Of a stretch of 33,533 nt of DNA, positions 25,378 through 33,533 are shown in pieces. This DNA is from an uncultured Clostridia bacterium (lineage in GTDB: Bacteria; Bacillota; Clostridia; Oscillospirales; CAG-272): contig CALAFS010000159.1 in NCBI GenBank assembly GCA_937892405.1, forward strand, positions 1-33,533. The letters are read 5' to 3'. Numbering within the stretch: position 1 is the first letter of the stretch; every line of letters begins with the position of its first letter. Both the position numbers and the translations under genes were made by a program. Below the pieces are notes generated by a model. The model did not search any database, was not told the DNA's origin, and saw only the letters and a program-made list of their open reading frames with translations.

Positions 25378-26688
25378 ATGCCGACCGTAGGACTCTATAC
25401 CCTCGGGTGTAAGGTGTCGCAGTATGAGACGGAGGCGATCGCGGAGGCGTTCGCGAAGGCGGGCTTTACCGTTCTGCCGTACGAGAGCGTGTGCGATGTC
25501 TATGTCATCAATACCTGCACCGTCACGGCGGAGAGCGACAGAAAGTCGCGGCAGGTGATCCGCCGCGCGAAAAAGCAGAATCCCGACGCCGTCGTCTGCG
25601 TGACCGGCTGTTATGCCCAGACCTCCGCCGATGAGGTCGCCGCGATCCCGGGGGTCGACATCGTCACAGGCACGGTGGATAAGCTCTCGCTTGTCGCCCG
25701 CGCCGCGGCGCGCCTTTCGGCACGCGGGGAGGCACTTCCCGCCGAGGTTGCCGTCGGCTGTCTTGACGGCGCCCCGTTTGAAAAGATGCGCATCACGCAT
25801 GCGCCCCGCACCCGCATTTATGTAAAAATCGAGGACGGCTGCGAATGTCGCTGTACCTATTGCGCCATTCCCGGCGCGAGAGGGAATGTCCGCTCGAAGC
25901 GTCCGGAGGATGTCATCGCCGAGGTGGAGGCGCTTGCCGCCGCCGGCACGCGTGAGGTCGTCCTGACCGGGATCGAGGCGGCGTCCTACGGCGCCGATTT
26001 CCACGACGGATACCGTCTCATCGACCTTGTCGAAGAGCTGGACAGACGGGGAAGTGTCGAGCGGATCCGTTTCGGCTCTCTGACCCCCGAGCTGATGAGC
26101 GAGGATTTCGTTTTCCGCATGGCAAAGCTGAAGGCGCCCGTCCCGCACTTTCATCTCTCGATGCAGAGCGGTTCGGACGGTGTCCTCCGCCGCATGAAGC
26201 GGCGGTATAACCGCACGCAGGCGCTTGCCGCCCTTGCGCGCACCCGCGCCGCCATGCCCCGCGTACAGTTCACCACCGACCTGATGGTCGGTTTCCCCGG
26301 AGAGACGGAAGAGGAGTTTGCCGAGACGCTCGACTTCGTGCGGAAGGCACGGTTTCTCGCGGTGCATGTCTTCGCTTATTCGAGACGGAAGAACACGCCC
26401 GCCGCGACCTTTCCGGATCAGGTGCCCGAGGCGGTGAAGCATGAGCGCTCTGCCCGTCTGATTGCCGCCTGTCATGAGATCGGAGAGGAGATCCTCTCGG
26501 AGATCGTCTCGTCGGAAAAGGCGCTTCCCGTTGTCTTCGAGACGAGGGAAGGGGAGTTTTTCACCGGACATTCGGACACCTTCATTGAGGTGCGCGTGCG
26601 TGACGGAAGGGACCTTCACGGTGAGCTTCACACGGTGCGTCCCTTCTCTCATGAAAACGGTATTCTCTACGGCGAAATTCTTGAATGA
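25378..26688 (+). CDS. mtaB: tRNA threonylcarbamoyladenosine methylthiotransferase MtaB (radical SAM MTTase)
   Basis: N-terminal UPF0004 cysteines are present (TLGCKVSQYE, VINTCTVT, VTGCYAQ). The radical SAM motif is CECRCTYCAIP. It resembles B. subtilis YqeV/MtaB by eye. Confidence 0.8.
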   Translation: MPTVGLYTLGCKVSQYETEAIAEAFAKAGFTVLPYESVCDVYVINTCTVTAESDRKSRQVIRRAKKQNPDAVVCVTGCYAQTSADEVAAIPGVDIVTGTVDKLSLVARAAARLSARGEALPAEVAVGCLDGAPFEKMRITHAPRTRIYVKIEDGCECRCTYCAIPGARGNVRSKRPEDVIAEVEALAAAGTREVVLTGIEAASYGADFHDGYRLIDLVEELDRRGSVERIRFGSLTPELMSEDFVFRMAKLKAPVPHFHLSMQSGSDGVLRRMKRRYNRTQALAALARTRAAMPRVQFTTDLMVGFPGETEEEFAETLDFVRKARFLAVHVFAYSRRKNTPAATFPDQVPEAVKHERSARLIAACHEIGEEILSEIVSSEKALPVVFETREGEFFTGHSDTFIEVRVRDGRDLHGELHTVRPFSHENGILYGEILE

Positions 26689-26742
26689 ACGGAAATAAAT
26701 TGTCAATAAGCAAAGTAAACTATACATTTTGGAGATAAAACG

Positions 26743-28134
26743 ATGGAAAACAGCAAAAAGACAATGGACAAGATCGTAGCGCTCTGCAAGACGCGCGGAT
26801 TCATTTTTCCCGGTTCCGAGATCTACGGTGGACTGGCGAATTCGTGGGATTACGGACCGCTCGGCGTCGCTTTCAAGAACAATGTGAAGCGCGCGTGGTG
26901 GAAGAAGTTCGTCGAGGAATCCCGCTACAATGTCGGGCTTGACGCCGCGATCATCATGAACCCCGAGACATGGGTCGCCTCCGGACATGTCGGCGGCTTT
27001 TCCGACCCGCTGATGGACTGCCGCCAGTGCAAGGCGAGACACAGAGCGGACAAACTCATCGAGGACTACGCGTTTCAGAACGGTACGGATGACAACCCCG
27101 CCGGTTGGAGCTTTGAGCAGATGGCGGCGTTCATCAAAGAGAAGAACATTCCCTGTCCGATCTGCGGCGGTCACGATTTTACCGAGATCAAGAAGTTCAA
27201 CCTGATGTTCAAGACCTTTATCGGCGTCACCGAGGATTCTTCGAGCACCGTTTATCTCCGTCCCGAGACCGCGCAGGGCATTTTCGTCAACTTCCCGGCG
27301 GTTCAGCGTTCGACGAGAAAGAAACTGCCTTTCGGTATCGGTCAGATCGGTAAGGCGTTCCGCAACGAGATCACCCCCGGCAACTTCACCTTCCGTACGA
27401 GAGAGTTCGAGCAGATGGAGCTGGAGTTCTTCTGCAAGCCGGGCACCGACCTCGAGTGGTTCGCGTACTGGAAGGATTATTGCCACAAGTTCCTTCTGTC
27501 TCTCGGCATGAAGGACGAGAACCTTCGCCTGCGCGATCATGATAAGGAAGAGCTCTGCTTCTATTCCAAGGCGACGACCGACTTCGAGTTCCTCTTCCCG
27601 TTCGGCTGGGGCGAGCTGTGGGGTCTTGCCGACCGCACCGATTACGACCTCGGTCAGCATCAGAAGTTCTCGGGCAAGGATATGACCTACTTCGATCCCG
27701 AGACGAACGAGCATTATCTGCCCTATGTCATCGAGCCGTCGCTTGGCGCCGACCGCGTCGCGCTCGCCTTCCTTGTCGATGCCTATGACGAGGAGACGAT
27801 CGGTGAGGGCGATGTCCGCACCGTTCTTCACCTTCATCCGGCGCTCGCACCCTTCAAGGCGGCGGTGCTTCCTCTCTCGAAGAAGCTCTCCGACAAGGCG
27901 CTCGCCCTCTTTGACGACCTCGCGAAGTCCTTTGCCTGCGACTTTGACGAGACCGGCTCGATCGGTAAGAGATACCGCCGCGAGGATGAGATCGGCACGC
28001 CCTTCTGCATCACCTACGACTTCGAGTCGGAAAACGACGGGTGCGTCACCGTCCGCGACCGCGACACGATGGAGCAGATCCGTCTTCCCATCGCAGAGGT
28101 TAAGGCATATATCGAAAAGCATCTGGAATTCTGA
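26743..28134 (+). CDS. glyQS: glycine--tRNA ligase, single-chain class II type
   Basis: [49 protein letters not shown], and an anticodon-binding C-terminus. 463 aa. Confidence 0.95.
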   Translation: MENSKKTMDKIVALCKTRGFIFPGSEIYGGLANSWDYGPLGVAFKNNVKRAWWKKFVEESRYNVGLDAAIIMNPETWVASGHVGGFSDPLMDCRQCKARHRADKLIEDYAFQNGTDDNPAGWSFEQMAAFIKEKNIPCPICGGHDFTEIKKFNLMFKTFIGVTEDSSSTVYLRPETAQGIFVNFPAVQRSTRKKLPFGIGQIGKAFRNEITPGNFTFRTREFEQMELEFFCKPGTDLEWFAYWKDYCHKFLLSLGMKDENLRLRDHDKEELCFYSKATTDFEFLFPFGWGELWGLADRTDYDLGQHQKFSGKDMTYFDPETNEHYLPYVIEPSLGADRVALAFLVDAYDEETIGEGDVRTVLHLHPALAPFKAAVLPLSKKLSDKALALFDDLAKSFACDFDETGSIGKRYRREDEIGTPFCITYDFESENDGCVTVRDRDTMEQIRLPIAEVKAYIEKHLEF

Positions 28135-28211
28135 GAATGAAGAACTCAGAATGAAGAATTAAGAATTCGGAATTGGGCGAAAGTCTTTATGACGGATTCT
28201 TACTTTCAAAA

Positions 28212-28248
28212 GCGCCTCCCGTTCCGTATGGACGGGAGGTGCTTTTTT
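28212..28248 (+). terminator. intrinsic terminator after glyQS
   Basis: GCGCCTCCCGT / ACGGGAGGTGC stem (one G-T pair) with a 9-nt loop, then TTTTTT. Confidence 0.8.
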
Positions 28249-28305
28249 GTACTGGTGAAAATGCCGAAAAAGCCTGTGCAATATGACCAAAAGCACCTGA
28301 GTTGC

Positions 28306-28334
28306 TTGACATTTCGCGCGCGCGCCTTTATAAT
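28306..28334 (+). promoter_or_regulatory. consensus promoter of the first heparinase-like gene, with an alternating-CG spacer
   Basis: TTGACA (28306-28311), 17 nt, TATAAT (28329-28334). The spacer contains CGCGCGCGCGC (28315-28325). Confidence 0.7.
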
Positions 28335-28409
28335 GGAAATGGGCATGCGCAAAAGAGAAAAGGCGCTGTCAAAAAGACAATTGCCGCATAGCGCGGCAGG
28401 AGGAAATCT

Positions 28410-30221
28410 ATGTCAAGAATCTTTGCCGAGCGCGGTATGCGCGCCGACGGAAATGTGTTGCCCTTTGAAAAATTCCGTCTGTTTATTGATGAGAAAAATC
28501 CGAAATTCGACGACGAAAAGCTTGCGAAGGTCGTTGAAAACGCCGAGAAACTGCTCGAGGAACCGATTCCGTTTCTTCCGGCATCTCTGTACCGCGAGTT
28601 TGCCGTCACGGGGAACCGCTCGCATTTTGAGGCGCCCTATTTCCGCCGCCGCGATATGGCATATGCCTTCGCCCTCGCGGAAGCGTATGAAAAGAAAGGC
28701 CGTTTTACGGAAAAACTGATGGATGTCGTGTGGGCGATCTTCGAGGAGTCCTCGTGGGTCATTCCCGCGCATAACGGGAACAATCCGCTCTATACCGAGT
28801 TCGGGATTCCCGCCGTCTACGGCGACAGAATGCACGGCATCGACCTCTTCTCCGCGATGACGGGCGCCGTCCTTGCGGTCGTATATTATCTGACGGGAGA
28901 CGCGCTCGATAAGATCACCCCCGTTATCACCGAGCGTCTTCTTTACGAGACGCACCACCGTCTGATCGTTCCGTATCTCAACTGCTCCTTCTGGTGGACG
29001 GGTGAGCGCGGGAACAAGACGAACAACTGGAATCCCTGGATTCACTCGAACCTCCTGCTTCTCACCGCTCTCACCGAGCGCGACCCCTATATCCGCACGC
29101 ACATGACCGCGAAGATCATGCAGGGACTTGACAACTTCATCTCCTTCTATCCTGCGGACGGCGGCTGCGACGAGGGACCGAGCTATTTCGGCGCCGCGGG
29201 CGCGTCTTATTTCGACTCTCTCGAGCTTCTCTACGACATGACGGGCGGCAAGATCAATGTCTTCGATCATCCGCTTGTGAAGAATGTCGGAGAGTACGCC
29301 GTGAAGTTCAATATCGCGGGCAACCGCGTCATCAACTTTGCCGACTGCGGACCTTCCTGCCATATGGACGGCGCGATGCTCTCCCGTTTCGGCAGACGCA
29401 CCGGCTCGCGGATCCTCGAGGAGTTCGGCAGAGAACAGTCCTTCGGCGGCAGTGTCGGCAGCGGCTGGCAGCTCTACCGCGGACTCTATAACTACATCAC
29501 CCCCGAGGTCAAGGAGAATCCCGGCAGAATCGCCGCGACGAAGATCTGGTTCCCCGATCTGAAGGTGATGGTAGCGCGTGAAAATCCCGATCCCTCGCAC
29601 GGCATGTTCGTCGCGATGAAGGGCGGCAACAACGACGAGTTCCACAATCACAACGATGTCGGTAACTTCATGGTCTACCACGACGGTAAGCCTGTGCTGA
29701 TCGACACCGGCGTCGGCACTTATACAAAGCAGACCTTCTCCTCCCGCCGCTATGAGCTCTGGTTCATGCAGTCCTCTTATCATAACCTTCCCGACATCGG
29801 CGGCGTCGCCGAGCGCAACGGCGGTGCCTTCCGCTCTTCGGACGAGGTGTACGACGAGGCGACGGGCGGCGTGAAGATGGAGATCGGGCACGCCTATCCC
29901 GCAGAGGCGGGGATCCTCTCCTATACCCGTGAGACGGTGCTGACAAGCGGTGTTGTCACCATGACCGACACGCTTTTCCTCACGGAAGAAAAAGAGATTG
30001 ACTTCCACTATATGTCCCCTGTAAAGCCGACGCTCGAGGGCAACACGATCGCCCTTGCCGAAGGGCGCACGATGACCTTCGATCCCCGCCTTACCCCCGA
30101 GATCGAGGAGTTCGAGGTGAAGGACGGCGGCATTGAGCGCAACTGGAAATCTCCGGTTCTCTGGAGAATTCACCTCCGTATAAAAGCCAAAGAAGGCAGC
30201 TATACCGTTACCGTGAAATAA
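28410..30221 (+). CDS. heparinase II/III-like family protein (polysaccharide lyase-like fold), cytoplasmic, paralog 1
   Basis: 603 aa with no signal peptide or lipobox. The N-terminal alpha-toroid-like region contains NNWNPWIHSN. The C-terminal domain contains GGNNDEFHNHNDVGNF, the H-x-H-x-D-x-G-x-F pattern typical of Hepar_II_III domains. RBS AGGAGGA. Confidence 0.7.
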   Translation: MSRIFAERGMRADGNVLPFEKFRLFIDEKNPKFDDEKLAKVVENAEKLLEEPIPFLPASLYREFAVTGNRSHFEAPYFRRRDMAYAFALAEAYEKKGRFTEKLMDVVWAIFEESSWVIPAHNGNNPLYTEFGIPAVYGDRMHGIDLFSAMTGAVLAVVYYLTGDALDKITPVITERLLYETHHRLIVPYLNCSFWWTGERGNKTNNWNPWIHSNLLLLTALTERDPYIRTHMTAKIMQGLDNFISFYPADGGCDEGPSYFGAAGASYFDSLELLYDMTGGKINVFDHPLVKNVGEYAVKFNIAGNRVINFADCGPSCHMDGAMLSRFGRRTGSRILEEFGREQSFGGSVGSGWQLYRGLYNYITPEVKENPGRIAATKIWFPDLKVMVARENPDPSHGMFVAMKGGNNDEFHNHNDVGNFMVYHDGKPVLIDTGVGTYTKQTFSSRRYELWFMQSSYHNLPDIGGVAERNGGAFRSSDEVYDEATGGVKMEIGHAYPAEAGILSYTRETVLTSGVVTMTDTLFLTEEKEIDFHYMSPVKPTLEGNTIALAEGRTMTFDPRLTPEIEEFEVKDGGIERNWKSPVLWRIHLRIKAKEGSYTVTVK

Positions 30222-30232
30222 CAAACAAAAAA

Positions 30233-30261
30233 CGCGCTGTCCTCTCGGAGAGCGCGCTTTT
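30233..30261 (+). terminator. moderate intrinsic terminator between paralogs 1 and 2
   Basis: CGCGCT..TCC / GGA..AGCGCG stem with one internal mismatch and loop TCTC, followed by CTTTT. Confidence 0.5.
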
Positions 30262-30320
30262 GAAAAGAAAACTTTACAAATCATAATAAATACCGTGAAA
30301 AGCGGTGAAAGGGAATTGTT

Positions 30321-32132
30321 ATGTCAAGAATTTTTGCCGAGCGCGGCATGCGTGCCGACGGGAATGTGCTCCCCTTTGAAGAGTTCCGCCTTTTTATCGA
30401 CGAGAAGGATCCGAAGTTCGATGAAAAAAAGATGGCGAAGGTTGTAAAGCGCGCCGAGGAAATGCTCGAAGAGCCGATCCCCATGCTGACCGCCTCTCTC
30501 TACCGCGAGTTCGTCGTGAACGGGAACCGCACGCACTATCAGATGCCGTACTTCCGTCGCCGTTCGATGGCGCTGACCTTTGCCATGGCGGAGGCGTACG
30601 AGAAGAAGGGACGCTTCGCGGAGAAGCTGATGGACGCCGTCTGGGCGATCCTCGAGGAGACGAGCTGGGTCATTCCGGCACACCTCTATAATACCCCTCT
30701 TTATACCGAATTCGGAATCCCCGCCGTTTACGGCGACAGACTGCACGGCATTGACCTCTTCGCCGCATCGACGGGTGCCGTCCTTGCCGCCGTGTATCAC
30801 TTCGCGGGCGACGCGCTCGATAAAATCACGCCGGTGATTACCGAGCGTCTGCTTTACGAGACACACCACCGCCTGATTGTCCCTTATCTCAACTGCTCCT
30901 TCTGGTGGACGGGGGAGAGAGGCAATCGCCCGAACAACTGGAACCCGTGGATTCATTCCAATCTTCTGTTCCTCACCGCCCTGACCGAGCGGGATCCCTA
31001 CCTGCGTAACCGCATCACGGGTAAGTGCATGCAGATGCTCGATAACTTCGTCGCCGATTATCCCGCGGACGGCGGCTGTGACGAGGGACCCGGCTACTTC
31101 GGCGTCGCCGGTGCGTCCTATTTCGACTGTCTCGAGCTCCTCTATGACATGACGGGCGGCAAGGTCAATGTCTTTGACCATCCGCTGGTGCGTGCCATCG
31201 GCGAGTATGAGGTCAAGTTCAACATCGCAGGCAAGCGCTTTATCAACTTTGCCGACTGCGGCTCCACCTGCCATATGGACGGCGCGATGCTCTCTCGCTT
31301 CGGTCGCCGTACCGGCTCGAGAATCCTCGAGGAGTTCGGCAGAGAGCAGTCCTTCCTCGGCAGTGTCGAGTGCGACGGACAGCTTTACCGTTGCATGTAT
31401 AACTACTTCACTCCCGTCGTGACGGAGAAACCTGCGAGAGTCGCCGCGACGAAGATCTGGTTCCCGAATCTGAAGGTCATGGTCGCACGCGAAAACCCCG
31501 ATCCGACGCAGGGTATGTTCGTCGCGATGAAGGGCGGCAACAACAACGAGTCGCATAACCATAACGACATCGGCAATGTGATCGTCTACCACGACGGCAA
31601 CCCCGTCCTGATCGACACCGGCTCCGGCACTTATACAAAGAAGACCTTCTCCGCACAGCGCTATGAGCTCTGGTACATGCAGTCCTCCTATCATAACCTT
31701 CCCGATATCGGCGGCGTCGCCGAGCGCAACGGGGCGAACTTCCGCTCCTCGGACGAGGTGTACGACGAGACGACGGGCGGCGTGAAGATGGAGATCGGGC
31801 ACGCCTATCCCGCAGAGGCGGGGATCCTCTCCTATACCCGTGAGACGGTGCTGACAAGCGGTGTTGTCACCGTGACCGACACGCTCTCTCTCACGGAAGA
31901 AAAGGAGATCGACTTCCACTATATGTCCCCTGTAAAGCCGACGCTTGAGGGCAACACGATCGCCCTTGCCGAAGGGCGCACGATGACCTTCGACACCGCA
32001 CTCACTCCCGAGATTGAAGAATTCGCGGTGGAGGACGACGGCGTCGAGAAGAACTGGAAGACGCCGGTTCTCTGGAGAATCCATCTGCGCGTGAAGGCGA
32101 AGACGGGAAGCTACACCGTCACCATCCGGTAA
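30321..32132 (+). CDS. heparinase II/III-like family protein, paralog 2
   Basis: Also 603 aa and colinear with paralog 1 without indels (start offset 1911 nt). By eye about four fifths of residues are identical. Confidence 0.7.
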   Translation: MSRIFAERGMRADGNVLPFEEFRLFIDEKDPKFDEKKMAKVVKRAEEMLEEPIPMLTASLYREFVVNGNRTHYQMPYFRRRSMALTFAMAEAYEKKGRFAEKLMDAVWAILEETSWVIPAHLYNTPLYTEFGIPAVYGDRLHGIDLFAASTGAVLAAVYHFAGDALDKITPVITERLLYETHHRLIVPYLNCSFWWTGERGNRPNNWNPWIHSNLLFLTALTERDPYLRNRITGKCMQMLDNFVADYPADGGCDEGPGYFGVAGASYFDCLELLYDMTGGKVNVFDHPLVRAIGEYEVKFNIAGKRFINFADCGSTCHMDGAMLSRFGRRTGSRILEEFGREQSFLGSVECDGQLYRCMYNYFTPVVTEKPARVAATKIWFPNLKVMVARENPDPTQGMFVAMKGGNNNESHNHNDIGNVIVYHDGNPVLIDTGSGTYTKKTFSAQRYELWYMQSSYHNLPDIGGVAERNGANFRSSDEVYDETTGGVKMEIGHAYPAEAGILSYTRETVLTSGVVTVTDTLSLTEEKEIDFHYMSPVKPTLEGNTIALAEGRTMTFDTALTPEIEEFAVEDDGVEKNWKTPVLWRIHLRVKAKTGSYTVTIR

Positions 32133-32180
32133 AGAAAATCATCATTTTGCAAAGAAATATTTGCAATCAGGAGAGTTATC

Positions 32181-33533
32181 ATGCCGAAGATCTTTGAAGA
32201 AAGAAAAATAAAAGCGAAAGGAAATCTTCTTCCTTTTGAAGATTTTGTCCTCTATCACGATCTGAAGGAGAGAAAGCCCGACCCCGAAAAGCTCGCCACC
32301 ATCACCGCAAGAGCGGAAAGATATCTCACGGAAGAGATCCCGATCCTTCCTCTTTCCCTCTATCGCGAATATTTCGTCAACGGGAACCGTTCGGACTTTG
32401 AGAACCCGCGGGCAAAGCGCCGCGGCATGCTGGAGGCGCTCGCCATCGCGGAGCACTACGAGGGAAAAGGACGCTTTGCCGAGAAGCTCGCAGATGTCCT
32501 TTGGGCGATCTTCGAGGAGTCCTCGTGGGTCATTCATGCGCACGCGGTGCATGTCCCCGTCTACGGAGCCGATCAGTCGGTTCCCACCACCTTCGGCGAG
32601 AGACTGCACGGCATCGACCTTTGCTCTGCCGACACGGCGTCGCGGGTCGCGATGGCGTGGTATCTCTGTCACGACGCGCTCGATGCCATCTCCCCGACGA
32701 TCGGAGAGCGCCTGCTCTATGAGCTGAACGAGCGCGCAGTGAAGCCCTACCTCAATGCCGTTTTCGGTTGGTCGGGTGAGCGGGGCAACCGTGTCAACAA
32801 CTGGAACCCCTATGTTCACCTTCACCTTCTGACCGTGACCGCACTTGTCGTAAAGGATCCTTATTTAAGAGAGCACATGACCGAAAAGATCATGACCCTG
32901 CTCGACAACTTCGTGAAATTCTATTCCCCCGACGGCGGCTGCGACGAGGGCCCCGGCTATTTCGATATGGCGGGCGGGTGCTACTTCGACTGCCTCGAGC
33001 TGCTCGATGATATGACGGGCGGCAAGGTCAATGTCTTCGACCATCCGCTGGTGCGTGCCATCGGGGAATATGAGGTCAAGTTCAATATCGCGGGCGACCG
33101 CTTCATCAACTTTGCCGACTGCGCCGCACGCTTCATCGCCGACGGGGCGCGCCTTGTCCGCTTCGGTGAGCGGACGGGCTCGGAGATTCTCGTCTCCTTC
33201 GGAGAGTCGCAGATGGCGCTCGGTTCTTCCCGCGGCGGACTCTCTTATCGCGGACTGCGCAACCTGCTCACTCCGACCCCGGAGAAAACGACGCCGAAGG
33301 CGGCGACGAAGATCTGGTTCCCCGATCTGAAGGTCATGGCGGCGCGCGAGAGCTCCGATCCTGCGCACGGTATGTTTGTCGCGATGAAGGGAGGCAACAA
33401 CAACGAGTCGCATAACCACAACGACATCGGCAACATCATCGTCTACCACGACGGAAATCCCGTCCTGATCGACTCGGGCGTCGGCACCTATACGAAGCAG
33501 ACGTTTTCTTCCCGCCGCTATGAGCTCTGGTAT
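32181..33533 (+). CDS. heparinase II/III-like family protein, paralog 3 (3' end outside window; absent from the supplied ORF track)
   Basis: ATG 32181 follows AGGAGAG. I translated 451 codons by hand to the window edge without a stop (MPKIFEERKIKAKGNLLPFEDF..NNWNPYVH..GGNNNESHNHNDIGNI..RRYELWY). It is clearly homologous to paralogs 1 and 2. Confidence 0.8.
   Translation, partial: MPKIFEERKIKAKGNLLPFEDFVLYHDLKERKPDPEKLATITARAERYLTEEIPILPLSLYREYFVNGNRSDFENPRAKRRGMLEALAIAEHYEGKGRFAEKLADVLWAIFEESSWVIHAHAVHVPVYGADQSVPTTFGERLHGIDLCSADTASRVAMAWYLCHDALDAISPTIGERLLYELNERAVKPYLNAVFGWSGERGNRVNNWNPYVHLHLLTVTALVVKDPYLREHMTEKIMTLLDNFVKFYSPDGGCDEGPGYFDMAGGCYFDCLELLDDMTGGKVNVFDHPLVRAIGEYEVKFNIAGDRFINFADCAARFIADGARLVRFGERTGSEILVSFGESQMALGSSRGGLSYRGLRNLLTPTPEKTTPKAATKIWFPDLKVMAARESSDPAHGMFVAMKGGNNNESHNHNDIGNIIVYHDGNPVLIDSGVGTYTKQTFSSRRYELWY

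Noticed and set aside
25180-28122. Very long antisense ORFs in the supplied track. Examples: 25180-28122 minus (980 aa), 21422-23632 plus (736 aa), 16740-18842 minus (700 aa), 8853-10928 minus (691 aa), 28413-30284 and 30324-32084 minus, 3514-4998 minus, 10997-12358 plus, 14192-15511 plus.
   Set aside because: Each lies exactly opposite a gene with unmistakable family motifs. Their translations are Arg/Gly/Asp/His-rich low-complexity strings without recognisable domains or ribosome-binding sites. Stop-free antisense frames are expected in genes with GC-rich third codon positions.
28135-28180. Short repeated GAATGAAGAA/AGAATT words right after the glyQS stop codon
   Set aside because: There are only two imperfect copies in AT-rich spacer DNA, with no dyad or array structure. 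This is most likely chance.
28410-30221. Calling the heparinase-like proteins secreted glycosaminoglycan lyases
   Set aside because: None of the three N-termini has a signal peptide, lipobox or TM segment. Only a family-level cytoplasmic lyase/epimerase-like call can be supported from sequence alone.

Overview
A GC-rich (~60%) chromosomal segment with Firmicutes/Clostridia-type gene organisation: strong GGAGG-type ribosome-binding sites, ECF RibU behind an FMN riboswitch, and a jag/yidC cluster. No mobile elements, CRISPR arrays, rRNA or tRNA genes were seen. Gene order runs left to right. (1) serC 3' end. (2) mglBAC-type galactose/glucose ABC importer, followed by a tiny membrane-anchored single Flg_new-repeat protein. 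(3) A three-component sugar sensor (AraC-type response regulator, LytS/YesM-type kinase, lipoprotein sugar-binding sensor) co-transcribed with a YghZ/Gpr-like aldo-keto reductase. (4) A minus-strand five-gene operon encoding a tandem flavodoxin-fold protein, FecCD permease, ATPase, FecB-type lipoprotein and a non-canonical HemN-family radical SAM enzyme. I read this as a candidate anaerobic haem uptake and degradation system. It is driven by a consensus promoter and a ~100 bp nested-dyad leader carrying two GTTAGC-N4-GCTAAC palindromes. (5) typA. (6) FMN riboswitch plus ribU. (7) Minus-strand cluster rpmH-rnpA-yidD-yidC-jag-mnmE plus an RNHCP zinc-ribbon gene, but without dnaA or mnmG next to it. 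(8) hpt-mtaB-glyQS. (9) A tandem array of at least three cytoplasmic heparinase II/III-like paralogs with mosaic nucleotide identity. Two features are absent from the supplied ORF track: rpmH (44 aa) and the third heparinase-like paralog, which runs off the window end. The many long antisense ORFs in the track are GC-driven artefacts. The most interesting items are the haem-type operon with its unusual leader, and the triplicated lyase-like array. All functional calls are family-level inferences from reading the translated sequences; no database search was run.
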